Source: Patescibacteria group bacterium (lineage in GTDB: Bacteria > Patescibacteriota > Patescibacteriia > Magasanikbacterales > UBA922). From it: a stretch of DNA of 64,000 nucleotides. The position numbers and the translations under genes were made by a program. The DNA lies in NCBI GenBank assembly GCA_041651535.1, contig JBAZIZ010000001.1, forward strand, positions 6,011 to 70,010. The letters are read 5' to 3'. Shown one piece after another: positions 38,422 through 47,881 of this stretch. The notes under the pieces were generated by a model, which saw nothing but the letters and a program-made list of their open reading frames with translations, ran no database searches and was not told where the DNA came from. Positions within the stretch are counted from its first letter, which is position 1; each line of letters begins with the position of its first letter.

Positions 38422-39057
38422 ATGTCTGAAAAAATAAATGAACAAGAAAGAATGGAAATTGAAAAAGATATTTTTATCAAAAGTTTAAGATTTGGTTTAC
38501 TAGACTCAGCTCTTGAAGTCCAAAAAAGAGTAGGTGACAAAATTGATTGGAAAAAAATTCCTGGCTATGATAAGGCTGTAGAAAATTGTTTTTTGCAAAA
38601 TTTAAAAAATCTTTATACAGATAAATTATTATATATTCAAAATAATTTAGCTGAAGGAAAAGATTTATCTACTATAGAAAATTATAAAAATATTGTTTTT
38701 GAAAGTATTTGGAATAAAATGGAAAATGAATCATCTTTTTCTGAAATAATGGATTTTTTAGAAACAGATTTGGGAAAAAACATAAAAATAGAAGATGCAC
38801 CTGATTATGAAAAAAGAATGTCAAAAATTTTTTCTTTAGCTTTAGAAAGATTAGACATAAAAGAAGTAGAAAAAATCAAAGAAAATTTTGCGAAAAATCT
38901 TGATTTAAAAATTGTAATTAAAGATGTTTTTAATTTTTTTATGAGAAGAGGTGAAATCAAAAAAGCCTTAGATATTAAAAAAAGTTTTATTGCGAAAGAC
39001 ATTGATTTTACTGAAGACACAAAAAATAATCTTGATTATTTGTGGAATAAAAAATAA
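38422..39057 (+). CDS. Hypothetical protein
   Basis: ATG at 38422 directly after the upstream stop; ORF-track start 38383 overlaps. No motif recognised. Confidence 0.4.
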   Translation: MSEKINEQERMEIEKDIFIKSLRFGLLDSALEVQKRVGDKIDWKKIPGYDKAVENCFLQNLKNLYTDKLLYIQNNLAEGKDLSTIENYKNIVFESIWNKMENESSFSEIMDFLETDLGKNIKIEDAPDYEKRMSKIFSLALERLDIKEVEKIKENFAKNLDLKIVIKDVFNFFMRRGEIKKALDIKKSFIAKDIDFTEDTKNNLDYLWNKK

Positions 39058-39077
39058 TAAAAAAATAATTTAAATTT

Positions 39078-40187
39078 ATGGAAAATAAAAATTATCCAAA
39101 AATTGCTGTAATTTATCTGTTATATTATCACAATAAAACATATATTGATGATATGGTTTCAGCTTTAAAAAAAATAACTTATCCAAAAGATAAAATTGAA
39201 TTAGTAATTGTTAGCAATTTACACCCAACCGAAGGATCATTTGTTCATTATATTGAATCCGCTGTTTTACCTCTTTCTGGAAATGAAATTCCGCACACAA
39301 CTGTTTTAGCCCAAAATTCTAATTTAGGTTTTGCTAAAGGAAATAATGTTGGTGTAAAATGGGCGATAGAAAATAATTTTGATTATTGTATTTTTCATAA
39401 TAATGATGGTTTTTTTGCTAGTACAGCTTTAGAACCTCTAGTTGAAACTTTTGAAAAAGATGAAAAATTAGCAATTGCTCAGTCACTTATCATGCTCTAC
39501 CCAGAAACAAATTTATTAAATAGTGCTGGTAATTCTTTTCATTATTTAGGTTTTGGTTTTTGTGATAATTATCGTTTGGATGTAAAAGATTTGAATATTC
39601 CAGCCGAAAAGGAAATTGATTATGCGAGTGGCGCTTCTTTTATGGTTAAAACTGATTTAATAAAAAAATATGGAGGTTGGGATGATGATTTCTTTTTATA
39701 TCATGAAGATTTAGAATGGAGTTTTAGACTTCGTTGCCTTGGATATAAAATAAAATTAGTTAAAGATTCTGTCTTTTATCATAAATATAATTTTGGTCGT
39801 AGTATCGAAAAATTTTATTTTATGGAAAGAAACCGCCACGCAATAATGCTCATGTTTTTTAAATGGCCAACACTCATTTTACTTTTTCCAATGGCTTTTG
39901 TTTTGGAAATTGGTCTTTGGATTTTTAGTTTAAAAAATAAATATGCTAAAAAAAGATGGGAAGTTTATAAATATTGGTTTGATAGAAAGAATTTCATGTT
40001 GTGGTATAAAAAAAGACAGAGAGTGCAAAAAACTCGTGTTGTTTCTGATAGATATTTGTTAAAGTATTCTGTTTCAGAGATTTTATTTCAAGAAAATGAA
40101 ATGCAAAATCCTTTATTAAAATATATTGGTAATCCAATTATGAAATTATATTATTATATTGTAGTAAAAGGAATAATTTGGTGGTAG
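39078..40187 (+). CDS. Glycosyltransferase family 2
   Basis: …NLGFAKGNNVGVKWA… and DxD-type region; C-terminal TM helices. Confidence 0.7.
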   Translation: MENKNYPKIAVIYLLYYHNKTYIDDMVSALKKITYPKDKIELVIVSNLHPTEGSFVHYIESAVLPLSGNEIPHTTVLAQNSNLGFAKGNNVGVKWAIENNFDYCIFHNNDGFFASTALEPLVETFEKDEKLAIAQSLIMLYPETNLLNSAGNSFHYLGFGFCDNYRLDVKDLNIPAEKEIDYASGASFMVKTDLIKKYGGWDDDFFLYHEDLEWSFRLRCLGYKIKLVKDSVFYHKYNFGRSIEKFYFMERNRHAIMLMFFKWPTLILLFPMAFVLEIGLWIFSLKNKYAKKRWEVYKYWFDRKNFMLWYKKRQRVQKTRVVSDRYLLKYSVSEILFQENEMQNPLLKYIGNPIMKLYYYIVVKGIIWW

Positions 40188-40220
40188 AAATTTTTTAAAG
40201 TTATAGTCTATAAATATTTT

Positions 40221-41306
40221 ATGAAAATTAAAAAAGCAATTTTGACTGGTGGGGGACGAGCGACTCGTCTGCATCCAATTACAACCACAATCAATAAACA
40301 CCTTTTACCATTGTCAAATAAACCAATGATTTTTCATGCTATTGAAAAAGCGGTTGAAGCTGGAATTACAGAAATATATATAAATACAAATCCAGGAGAT
40401 AATTCTTTACGTGAAGCGATAGGTGATGGAGCTCATTGGAACATAAAAATTGAATATTTTGAACAAACTGGTGGCCCACAAGGTATAGCTCATGTTGTTA
40501 ATGAAGCAAAGAAATTTATTGGCAATGAACCATTTATGTTTTATTTGTCAGATAATGTTTTTTTAGGAAGTTTAGTACCGATGTTTGAAGAATTTTATAA
40601 AGGAAATTATGATTGTATGTTAGCTTTATCACAAGTAAACGACCCACAAAGATTTGGCGTTCCTGTTTTTGATAATGATAATAAATTAATTGATGTTTGG
40701 GAAAAACCACAAAATCCACCAAATAATTTTGCTGTCACAGGACTTTATTTATATGGTCCAAAAATATTTTTTGATGCTTTTGATAAAATAGAAAAAAGTG
40801 ATCGGGGTGAATATGAAATTTCAAGCATTCATTCTTTGTTTTTAAAGAATGATAAAAAAGTTGGTTGTAAAGAAATTACTGGTTGGTGGAAAGATACTGG
40901 AAAAGTTGAAGATTTACTTATTGCTAATGGTTTGCTTATGGAAAAAATGTCACCAACAAATTTTCTTCAACAAGGAAAAATTGAAAATAAATTAAATTTA
41001 ACAGGTAATGTCCATATTGGTCATGGAAGTTTTGTGGCAGAAAATGTAAAAATAAATGGACCAGTAATTATTGGAGAAAATTGTATATTAGAAAATTGTT
41101 TTGTTGGTCCTAATGTTTCAATTGCTTCTGGTTGTATAATAAAAAATTGTCATATAGAAAATTCTATAATTTTATCAAATTGTGAAATTAATAGTGATTT
41201 ATATATAGCTAACAGTATTATCGGAAAAGAAGTTAAAATAATTAAAAAAGATTTGGCTGAACCAAAATCTTTGATAATCGGGGATAAAACAACTATTGAA
41301 ATTTAA
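40221..41306 (+). CDS. Sugar-1-phosphate nucleotidyltransferase (glucose-1-phosphate thymidylyltransferase-like, long form with C-terminal hexapeptide beta-helix)
   Basis: GGGRATRLHPITTTINKHLLPLSNKPMIFHAIE resembles the RmlA N-terminal motif; C-terminal LbH repeats. Confidence 0.8.
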   Translation: MKIKKAILTGGGRATRLHPITTTINKHLLPLSNKPMIFHAIEKAVEAGITEIYINTNPGDNSLREAIGDGAHWNIKIEYFEQTGGPQGIAHVVNEAKKFIGNEPFMFYLSDNVFLGSLVPMFEEFYKGNYDCMLALSQVNDPQRFGVPVFDNDNKLIDVWEKPQNPPNNFAVTGLYLYGPKIFFDAFDKIEKSDRGEYEISSIHSLFLKNDKKVGCKEITGWWKDTGKVEDLLIANGLLMEKMSPTNFLQQGKIENKLNLTGNVHIGHGSFVAENVKINGPVIIGENCILENCFVGPNVSIASGCIIKNCHIENSIILSNCEINSDLYIANSIIGKEVKIIKKDLAEPKSLIIGDKTTIEI

Positions 41307-41308
41307 TT

Positions 41309-42631
41309 TTAATAGTTTAATTGAAAAATTCCAGTTTGGTTTCCAATTTTTGCAAAAAAGAACAATGTTCTTTTTTTTGTTTGAGTAATTATATTTTTGA
41401 TTTCCGAATTATTTAACATCTCTGTAGTTATAAAATAACCAGGATTAAAAACTAAAAGTTTATCAGTCGTTTTTATTAAAAAATTTCCCTCATCGTCAAA
41501 AGATAAGACATCATTTATTTTATAACCGCCCCGATTGATAAGTTCAGTTTCTGCTTCAGAATTAATATTATTTATTTCCCAATCAGAATTGACTAAACAA
41601 TTTTTATCAAAAAAAATTAGATCTTTACCTGGTAAATAATTTTTTTTACCTATCTGTCCATTTTCTATTTTATAAACAATAGTTTCTTTATCACTTTGAG
41701 CAATGATTCTTTTTTCGTCCATTTCAATAATTTTTTCTATCTTATCATTTAAAAAATATTTTTTTTCACTTTCATTATTATTTATCAAAAACATTTTCTC
41801 ATCTAAAAACCAAAGATTTTCTTTATCGTCGACGTAAGTAATTTCAGAAGGAGCTTTTGTCAAAAGTGTAACAAGATTATTTTCTATTTTGTAAACAGTG
41901 TCTTCATTTTTAAGATAAGCTAAATTATTATTTCTTGTCCATTGAATTTCTAAATTTTCGCTTTGATTTTTTAGATCAATATTTATGACTTGTGGATTTA
42001 TATCTAAATTAATTAAATAATGTTTATTATTATCTTGAGTTTCAATGAAAGCTAAATTTTGGAAAAAAGAAAAAATTATTTTTGGTTCTTCTTTACTCTC
42101 AAAACTTAAAAGTAAATTTGTTTTTTCAAATTCTGAATTATAATTATAGATTTCAAATAAATTTTCTTTATGAGTTAAAATTAAAAAATTCGTAGCATTA
42201 TTTCCATAGATATTTACAATATTTTCTAAGTTTTCTAAAACTCGTAAAGGTAAATTTTCTTTGATTAAAGTGATATCTTTGATATAAGTTGTTTGGTTAC
42301 TACTGATCAAAATATTTTTTTCCCAAGTTTTATAACCATTTTTTTCGATTTTTAAATTATAAGTTCCAGGAATTTTTCCTGATAATCTTACTGGTATTTT
42401 CTTTTTTATTAAAACATTATTTAACAAAATTTGTGCATCTCGTGGTTTAATATCAATACTTAAAACTCCAGTTTTTTTGATTTTTTTTTCTTTGATATCA
42501 TAAGTATAACCAGAAGCATAAAAAATTAGCACTGGAGTTATAATAAAAAATGACAAAATTAGAGAAACCATAATAATTCTTCTAATTGTCTTGTTTAGAC
42601 GGGTTTTGTGATTGTAATAGTTATTTGCCAT
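41309..42631 (-). CDS. PEGA-domain secreted/membrane-anchored protein
   Basis: N-terminal TM helix; PEGA-like segment PRDAQILLNNVLIKKKIPVRLSGKIPGTYNLKIEKNGYKTWEKNI. Confidence 0.55.
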   Translation of the reverse strand: MANNYYNHKTRLNKTIRRIIMVSLILSFFIITPVLIFYASGYTYDIKEKKIKKTGVLSIDIKPRDAQILLNNVLIKKKIPVRLSGKIPGTYNLKIEKNGYKTWEKNILISSNQTTYIKDITLIKENLPLRVLENLENIVNIYGNNATNFLILTHKENLFEIYNYNSEFEKTNLLLSFESKEEPKIIFSFFQNLAFIETQDNNKHYLINLDINPQVINIDLKNQSENLEIQWTRNNNLAYLKNEDTVYKIENNLVTLLTKAPSEITYVDDKENLWFLDEKMFLINNNESEKKYFLNDKIEKIIEMDEKRIIAQSDKETIVYKIENGQIGKKNYLPGKDLIFFDKNCLVNSDWEINNINSEAETELINRGGYKINDVLSFDDEGNFLIKTTDKLLVFNPGYFITTEMLNNSEIKNIITQTKKRTLFFFAKIGNQTGIFQLNY

Positions 42632-42686
42632 ATGTTTGTTTTTACGGTATAATAATAACGTTTTTTAAGATAAAAATCAATATTAT

Positions 42687-43940
42687 ATGAGAAAATTAGT
42701 CATAGATGGCGGAAAAAAATTTTCGGGAATTTTGGAAGTAAGTGGCTCAAAAAATTCTGCTTTGCCTATTTTAGTTGCAGTTTTGATTGAAAAAGGCGAG
42801 TATGATTTAAAAAATATTCCTGATTTATCTGATATAAAAACTTTAATTGAACTTTTGGAAAATCATGGTTTAATTGTTGAGAAAAAATCAAAAAATCATT
42901 ATAAAATTATAAATAAAGGAATAAAAAATATTGTTGCTCCTTATGAAATAGTTTCAAAAATGCGAGCATCTTTTTTAGTTTTAGGAGCAATTTTAGCAAA
43001 TAAGAAAAAAGCCAAAGTTTCTTTACCAGGAGGTTGTGCTATTGGTTCTCGACCAGTTGATTTACATTTAAAATCTTTAGAAAAATTAGGAGCAAAAATA
43101 AAAATTGAACATGGTTATGTAGAAGCAGAAGCAGAAAAATTACATGGTGCTGAAATAAAATTAGATATTGCGAGTGTTGGAGCTACTGAACATATTATTT
43201 TAGTAGCAGTAAAAGCAGAAGGTATCACAAAAATAATTAATGCAGCCAGAGAACCAGAAATTATAGATTTATGTAATTTTTTAAATAAAATGGGAGCAAA
43301 AATAACTGGCGGAGGAGAAAGCGAAATTAAAATTGAAGGAGTAAAAAAATTAAATCCTAGTTCTTATTCTATAATTTATGATCGAATAGAAGCTGGTACT
43401 TTTATTATTTTAAGTTTAATTACCGGAACAAAAATAAAAATAAAAAATGTTTTTCCAGAACATCTAAAAGGTTTTATAGATATTTTAAATAAAATGGGAG
43501 TAATTTTTGAAATAAAAAATAATTTATTTGAAATAAAATCTGATTTAAAAAGACTTAAAGCTGTAAAATTTAATACTGATTTTTTTCCCGGATTTCCTAC
43601 AGATCTCCAAGCTCAAATGATGGTTTTATTAAGTTTAGTTTCTGGAAAAAGTGAAATAACTGAAAAAATATTTGAAAATCGTTTTATGCATATACCTGAA
43701 TTAAATCGTTTAGGAGCAAAAATAAAAATTGATGGACAAACTGCTATTATTGAAGGATCTTGTAAATTTGCTGGTGCAGAAGTAATGGCTACAGATTTGA
43801 GAGCTGGTGCAGCTTTATTTCTAGCAGCTTCAGTAGCTGAAGGAAAAACTGTGATAAATAATATTGAACATATTGAAAGAGGTTATGAAAATATAGTAAA
43901 AAAATTAAAAAAAATTGGAGTAAAAATAAAAATAATTTGA
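42687..43940 (+). CDS. murA: UDP-N-acetylglucosamine 1-carboxyvinyltransferase
   Basis: MRKLVIDGGKKFSGILEVSGSKNSALPIL…; active-site Cys in GGCAIGSRPVD. Confidence 0.9.
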   Translation: MRKLVIDGGKKFSGILEVSGSKNSALPILVAVLIEKGEYDLKNIPDLSDIKTLIELLENHGLIVEKKSKNHYKIINKGIKNIVAPYEIVSKMRASFLVLGAILANKKKAKVSLPGGCAIGSRPVDLHLKSLEKLGAKIKIEHGYVEAEAEKLHGAEIKLDIASVGATEHIILVAVKAEGITKIINAAREPEIIDLCNFLNKMGAKITGGGESEIKIEGVKKLNPSSYSIIYDRIEAGTFIILSLITGTKIKIKNVFPEHLKGFIDILNKMGVIFEIKNNLFEIKSDLKRLKAVKFNTDFFPGFPTDLQAQMMVLLSLVSGKSEITEKIFENRFMHIPELNRLGAKIKIDGQTAIIEGSCKFAGAEVMATDLRAGAALFLAASVAEGKTVINNIEHIERGYENIVKKLKKIGVKIKII

Positions 43941-43971
43941 TGTTCTTTTTGAATTTGAAAAGGAGGAAAAA

Positions 43972-44187
43972 ATGTCTGATTTTGAAAATGGAACTGCAAA
44001 AGAAGAAAGAATGTTTGGGGGAACATTGATTGACAAGAAAATCATGTCTTGTCAAAACAAGGCATGTTCTGTATTTGAAAATTCTTCATCACATTTTGTG
44101 GTGAAGATAAAAAGTAGATTTTTTGCTTTCTGTCCAATTTGTGAAAAAGGGACAGAAATAAAAAATTACAAAAAGGATGGGGGGTAA
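43972..44187 (+). CDS. Small zinc-ribbon protein (71 aa, CxxxxC…CxxC) with a canonical SD
   Basis: AAGGAGG 6 nt before the ATG; 4 Cys (CQNKAC…CPIC); moderately GC-enriched; a GC-rich hairpin spans the stop codon (44173-44204). Confidence 0.5.
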   Translation: MSDFENGTAKEERMFGGTLIDKKIMSCQNKACSVFENSSSHFVVKIKSRFFAFCPICEKGTEIKNYKKDGG

Positions 44188-44220
44188 TGGAGGCCCTCAT
44201 CCTTAAACAATTTAATTATT

Positions 44221-45462
44221 ATGAATAAAAAAATAAAAATAGTTTTAATTGCGATTTTATTATTAGCTGTTTTTGCTGTTGGAGTTTTGTTTGGAATAAA
44301 TTATGGTGTCAAAGATGCTTTATTTAATGAATCTGGAGAAGTAGAAATTTCAAAAGTTTTAAATTTATATAGTAACACCAGAAAAGATTCAGTAGATTTT
44401 GAACAGTTTTGGAAAGTTTGGGATAAAATACATAAAGATTATGTAGATCCTCAAAAAATAAATGATACTAAACTTTTTTATAGCGCTGTATCTGGAATGA
44501 TCGCTGGTTTAGAAGATCCATATTCAGTTTATTTTTCTCCAGAAAAAGCAGCTGAATTTACAGAAACTTTATCAGGAGAATTTGAAGGAATCGGAGCTGA
44601 ATTAGCAATTAAAGATAATAAGTTGATAGTTGTTGCTCCATTACCAGATTCACCAGCAGAAAAAACTGGATTAAAATCAGGTGATATAATTTTAGCTATT
44701 GATGAAAATGATGTTTATGGACTTAGTGTTGAAGAAGCTGTGGCTAAAATAAAAGGCGAAAAAGGAACAATAGTAAAATTAAAAATTGCTCGAGGCGAAG
44801 AAATTTTTGATTTAGAAATTACTCGTGAAGTCTTAAATCGTCCAACAATTTATCTTGAAGAAAAAAAAGATGGAATATTTTATTTAAGCATTAGTGATTT
44901 TAATGAAAAAACTTGGGATGAATTTGAAAAAAATATAAAAAAAGTTATCGAAGAAAATCAAAAAATAAAAGCGATAATTTTAGATTTACGTTCTAATCCG
45001 GGTGGTTTTTTGGATACAGCAGTAAAAATTTCAAGTGAATGGATTGAAAATGGAGTTATTGTTTCAGAAAAATTTAATGATAACAAAGAAAATGTTTATG
45101 AAACAATTGGAAATCATCGTTTAAAAAATATAAAAACAATTGTCTTAATTGATGAAGGAACTGCTTCTAGTGCAGAAATAGTTGCTGGTGCTTTGCAAGA
45201 TCAAGAAAAAGCAACTGTAATTGGTAAAAAGTCTTTTGGTAAAGGTTCTGTTCAAGAATATGAAATTTTGCTTGATGGATCAGCTTTAAAATTAACTATT
45301 GCGAAATGGTTTACACCAAATGGAACTGCGATTGACGGAATCGGTATAAAACCTAATATTGAAGTTGAGGAGATGTTTATCCAAAAAGATGGAACTAGTG
45401 GGGATAAAGTGGAGGATTATATTGATGTTGGTTTAGAAAAAGCAATGGAATTATTAAATTAA
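44221..45462 (+). CDS. Carboxyl-terminal processing protease (S41 family, PDZ domain)
   Basis: PDZ (GLKSGDIILAIDEND) and S41 catalytic region (…DEGTASSAEIVAGAL…GKKSFGKG). Confidence 0.85.
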   Translation: MNKKIKIVLIAILLLAVFAVGVLFGINYGVKDALFNESGEVEISKVLNLYSNTRKDSVDFEQFWKVWDKIHKDYVDPQKINDTKLFYSAVSGMIAGLEDPYSVYFSPEKAAEFTETLSGEFEGIGAELAIKDNKLIVVAPLPDSPAEKTGLKSGDIILAIDENDVYGLSVEEAVAKIKGEKGTIVKLKIARGEEIFDLEITREVLNRPTIYLEEKKDGIFYLSISDFNEKTWDEFEKNIKKVIEENQKIKAIILDLRSNPGGFLDTAVKISSEWIENGVIVSEKFNDNKENVYETIGNHRLKNIKTIVLIDEGTASSAEIVAGALQDQEKATVIGKKSFGKGSVQEYEILLDGSALKLTIAKWFTPNGTAIDGIGIKPNIEVEEMFIQKDGTSGDKVEDYIDVGLEKAMELLN

Positions 45463-45492
45463 GATTTTCGATTTACGATTTTAGATTTAAAA
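45459..45492. repeat. (GATTTWA)n post-stop repeat copy
   Basis: ttaagattttcgatttacgattttagatttaaaa directly after the ctpA stop. Confidence 0.5.
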
Positions 45493-45516
45493 AATCCGCA
45501 ACCAGCGGATTTTTTT
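45488..45516. terminator. Bidirectional intrinsic terminator between convergent genes
   Basis: aaaaatccgcaaccagcggattttttt: ATCCGC/GCGGAT stem flanked by A-run and T-run. Confidence 0.7.
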
Positions 45517-45597
45517 GTAAAAAAAGAAAAGACTGAAATGCTCTGGCAACTTATTTGTTGTAGAGACTCCAGTCTTTGTTTCGAAGTGAGAGAAAGT

Positions 45598-45819
45598 TTA
45601 TAGGAATTCCACCGTGATTTTTTTCACAGTTTTATTTTTCGGTATAGCAAAAAAATTTCTTTCTTTGTTTACTGCAAACTCTTGTCTCATGCCGTTTTCA
45701 TGAGTCAAAGAGACTATCGGTCGCCTGTTGAGAAAATTTTTGGCTCCTTCTCCTTCAACGGTAAGTACCCCCATTCCTTCTGTTTCATCTTCGGAAATTT
45801 TTATGATTATTTTTTCCAT
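45598..45819 (-). CDS. Small hypothetical protein (73 aa) with a canonical SD and its own promoter
   Basis: On the minus strand AGGAG lies 5 nt before the ATG (+ strand ctcct at 45825-45829). Promoter TTGACA-N17-TATATT at 45886-45914. GC-enriched relative to the background. Confidence 0.5.
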   Translation of the reverse strand: MEKIIIKISEDETEGMGVLTVEGEGAKNFLNRRPIVSLTHENGMRQEFAVNKERNFFAIPKNKTVKKITVEFL

Positions 45820-45885
45820 GATTTCTCCTGTTTTTTATTGTGGTTGTCTCCACTAAAAGTTTTTAAAAGATCAAAATAACAAACA

Positions 45886-45914
45886 AATATATCATATTTT
45901 TTACCTTTTGTCAA
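45886..45914 (-). promoter_or_regulatory. Consensus-like sigma70 promoter (TTGACA-N17-TATATT) for the 73-aa gene
   Basis: Reverse complement of 45886-45914 reads TTGACAAAAGGTAAAAAATATGATATATT; 20/29 identity to the promoter at 61165-61193. Confidence 0.55.
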
Positions 45915-46069
45915 GTATTTATCTAACTTTTTGCTTATTTTTACCTTATTTTAGGTAAATTTTGAGGGTATAAATGAATAAAAATAGAGAGGAATAAACA
46001 GAAAAATAGACTGATAATCATTTTGTCATTTCGTAATGAGCGAACGAAGAGAGTGAGTGGAGAAATCCC

Positions 46070-46089
46070 CCTGCCTGCCGGCAGGCAGG
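46070..46089. repeat. GC-rich perfect 20-nt palindrome CCTGCCTGCCGGCAGGCAGG
   Basis: Perfect inverted repeat followed by a T-run on the + strand; 18/20 identical to 5405-5424. Confidence 0.7.
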
Positions 46090-46421
46090 TTAAACTTTTT
46101 TAAATCAAAATAATTTATTTTTAAAATGATTAGTAATAAATCAATATTTAAGGGATATCTTCGCTTCGCTACGGTATGACAAAGTGATTGGAAATTTGAT
46201 TTAAAGAGTGTTTGTATTTCAAGCTTGTTTATTGAATCAAAAAAGATTTTAAAAAATCTTAAATCAAAAATTATGAATCTAAAATTAAAAAACAACCATA
46301 TTTCAGATTGTTTTATTTTAAATAAAATCTTATCTGCTTACAGGCTTAATAGCTTACCTGCTTTCATTTTTAAAACAAAAAACCTGCTTTAAACAGATTT
46401 TTTGACTTTTTCCTTTTGACT

Positions 46422-47276
46422 TTAGATCCTCTCGACCCAATGTTTATCAACTTCTACTTCTAATTCCAAAAATATTTTTTTATTTAATGCTTGTTCCAAT
46501 TCACGTCTAGCCATTTTTCCAATTTCTTTTATTTTTTGTCCATTTCTACCTATAATAATTTTTTTATATCTCTCATCCGCTGTCAAAATTCGAGCTTGAA
46601 TAAGTAAAATATCTTTTTTATCTTCAATATTATCAACTTCTACAGTAATTGAATAAGGAACTTCTTTATCAAAAACTGAAAAAATCTTTTCTCTGATTAT
46701 TTCGGCTATCCAAAAATGTTCATTAATGTTAGTGATTTGTTTTTCATCATCATACATTTTTAAATCATTTTCTGGTAAAAGTTCAAAAACTTTTTCTTTT
46801 AGAGGTTGGATATGACGAGCTTTTAAAGCAGATAATTCCATAACTGCATTAAAATTTTCTGCCCAGTTTTTATAATCATCTAAATATTTTTTATCTGTTT
46901 CTGATAAATCACTTTTATTTATTACAAGAATTTTTGGAATTTCTAAATGACGAATCAACCCAAAAGAATATTTTTCTTCGTCACCAATTTCTCGGGTGGG
47001 ATCAACAACATAAATTATTAAATCTACACCCTCTAGAGCTTCTTTTGCTTTTTCAATAAGTCTTCCTGTTAATGAACTTTTTTTATCTTTAAAAATTCCA
47101 GGGGTATCAACAAAAACAATTTGTCCTTGTTTATCATTGACTATTCCATGAATAACTTGTCGTGTCATTTGAGCACGAAAACTGGTAGCCGAAATTTTTG
47201 TACCGACTAAAGTATTGATTAAAGTAGATTTTCCGACATTTGATCTGCCGATTAAGATAGCAAAACCTGATTTCAT
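46422..47276 (-). CDS. era: GTPase Era
   Basis: AILIGRSNVGKSTLIN (G1), DTPG, NKSD, C-terminal KH domain. Confidence 0.9.
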   Translation of the reverse strand: MKSGFAILIGRSNVGKSTLINTLVGTKISATSFRAQMTRQVIHGIVNDKQGQIVFVDTPGIFKDKKSSLTGRLIEKAKEALEGVDLIIYVVDPTREIGDEEKYSFGLIRHLEIPKILVINKSDLSETDKKYLDDYKNWAENFNAVMELSALKARHIQPLKEKVFELLPENDLKMYDDEKQITNINEHFWIAEIIREKIFSVFDKEVPYSITVEVDNIEDKKDILLIQARILTADERYKKIIIGRNGQKIKEIGKMARRELEQALNKKIFLELEVEVDKHWVERI

Positions 47277-47372
47277 AATTTAATTATTTATTAAAGTTTG
47301 TCCACTATACCTTAAATTTGTCTAAAAATCAAGTTTATGATAAAATATAGGGGATAAAAATAAATGTGCTTT

Positions 47373-47816
47373 ATGAAAATTATTTTAACTCAAGATGTAA
47401 AAGGTACTGGTAAAAAAGGAGAAATCAAAGAAGTTTCTGAAGGATTTGCTAGAAATTTTTTGATTAACAAAAAATTAGCGCAAATAGCCACAAAAGATAT
47501 TTTATTAAAAGAACAAGCAAAAACACAAAAACAAAATAAAGAAAAAGAAAAACAAAATCTTGATCTACAAAAACAATTTTCTCGAGTTAATAAACAAAAA
47601 ATTTATATCTCAGAAAAAGTAAATGATAAAAATATTCTATATGCAACTATTGATGAAAAAAGAATAATTGAAGAATTACAAAAACAATTAAAAGCAACTA
47701 TTGAAAAAAAACAAATTACAATGGAACATATAAAACAAATTGGTGATTATAAAATAAAAATAGATTTTGCAGGTGGATTGTCAGCAATTTTATTTGTTTT
47801 AGTGTCAAAAGAATAA
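47373..47816 (+). CDS. rplI: Ribosomal protein L9
   Basis: [31 protein letters not shown], typical L9 N-domain. Confidence 0.8.
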   Translation: MKIILTQDVKGTGKKGEIKEVSEGFARNFLINKKLAQIATKDILLKEQAKTQKQNKEKEKQNLDLQKQFSRVNKQKIYISEKVNDKNILYATIDEKRIIEELQKQLKATIEKKQITMEHIKQIGDYKIKIDFAGGLSAILFVLVSKE

Positions 47817-47881
47817 ATCCTCAATAAAAGAGGATTTTTATAATAAAATTTTTACTTAAAATATTTCAAATAATTTTAAAT

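Noticed and set aside
45905-45940. Apparent + strand promoter (TTGTCA … TATAAAT) that suggested a + strand ncRNA ending at the 46070 palindrome
   Set aside because: The TTGTCA is the reverse complement of a much better minus-strand TTGACA-N17-TATATT promoter driving the 73-aa gene. + strand spacing to any -10 is 23 nt, too long.
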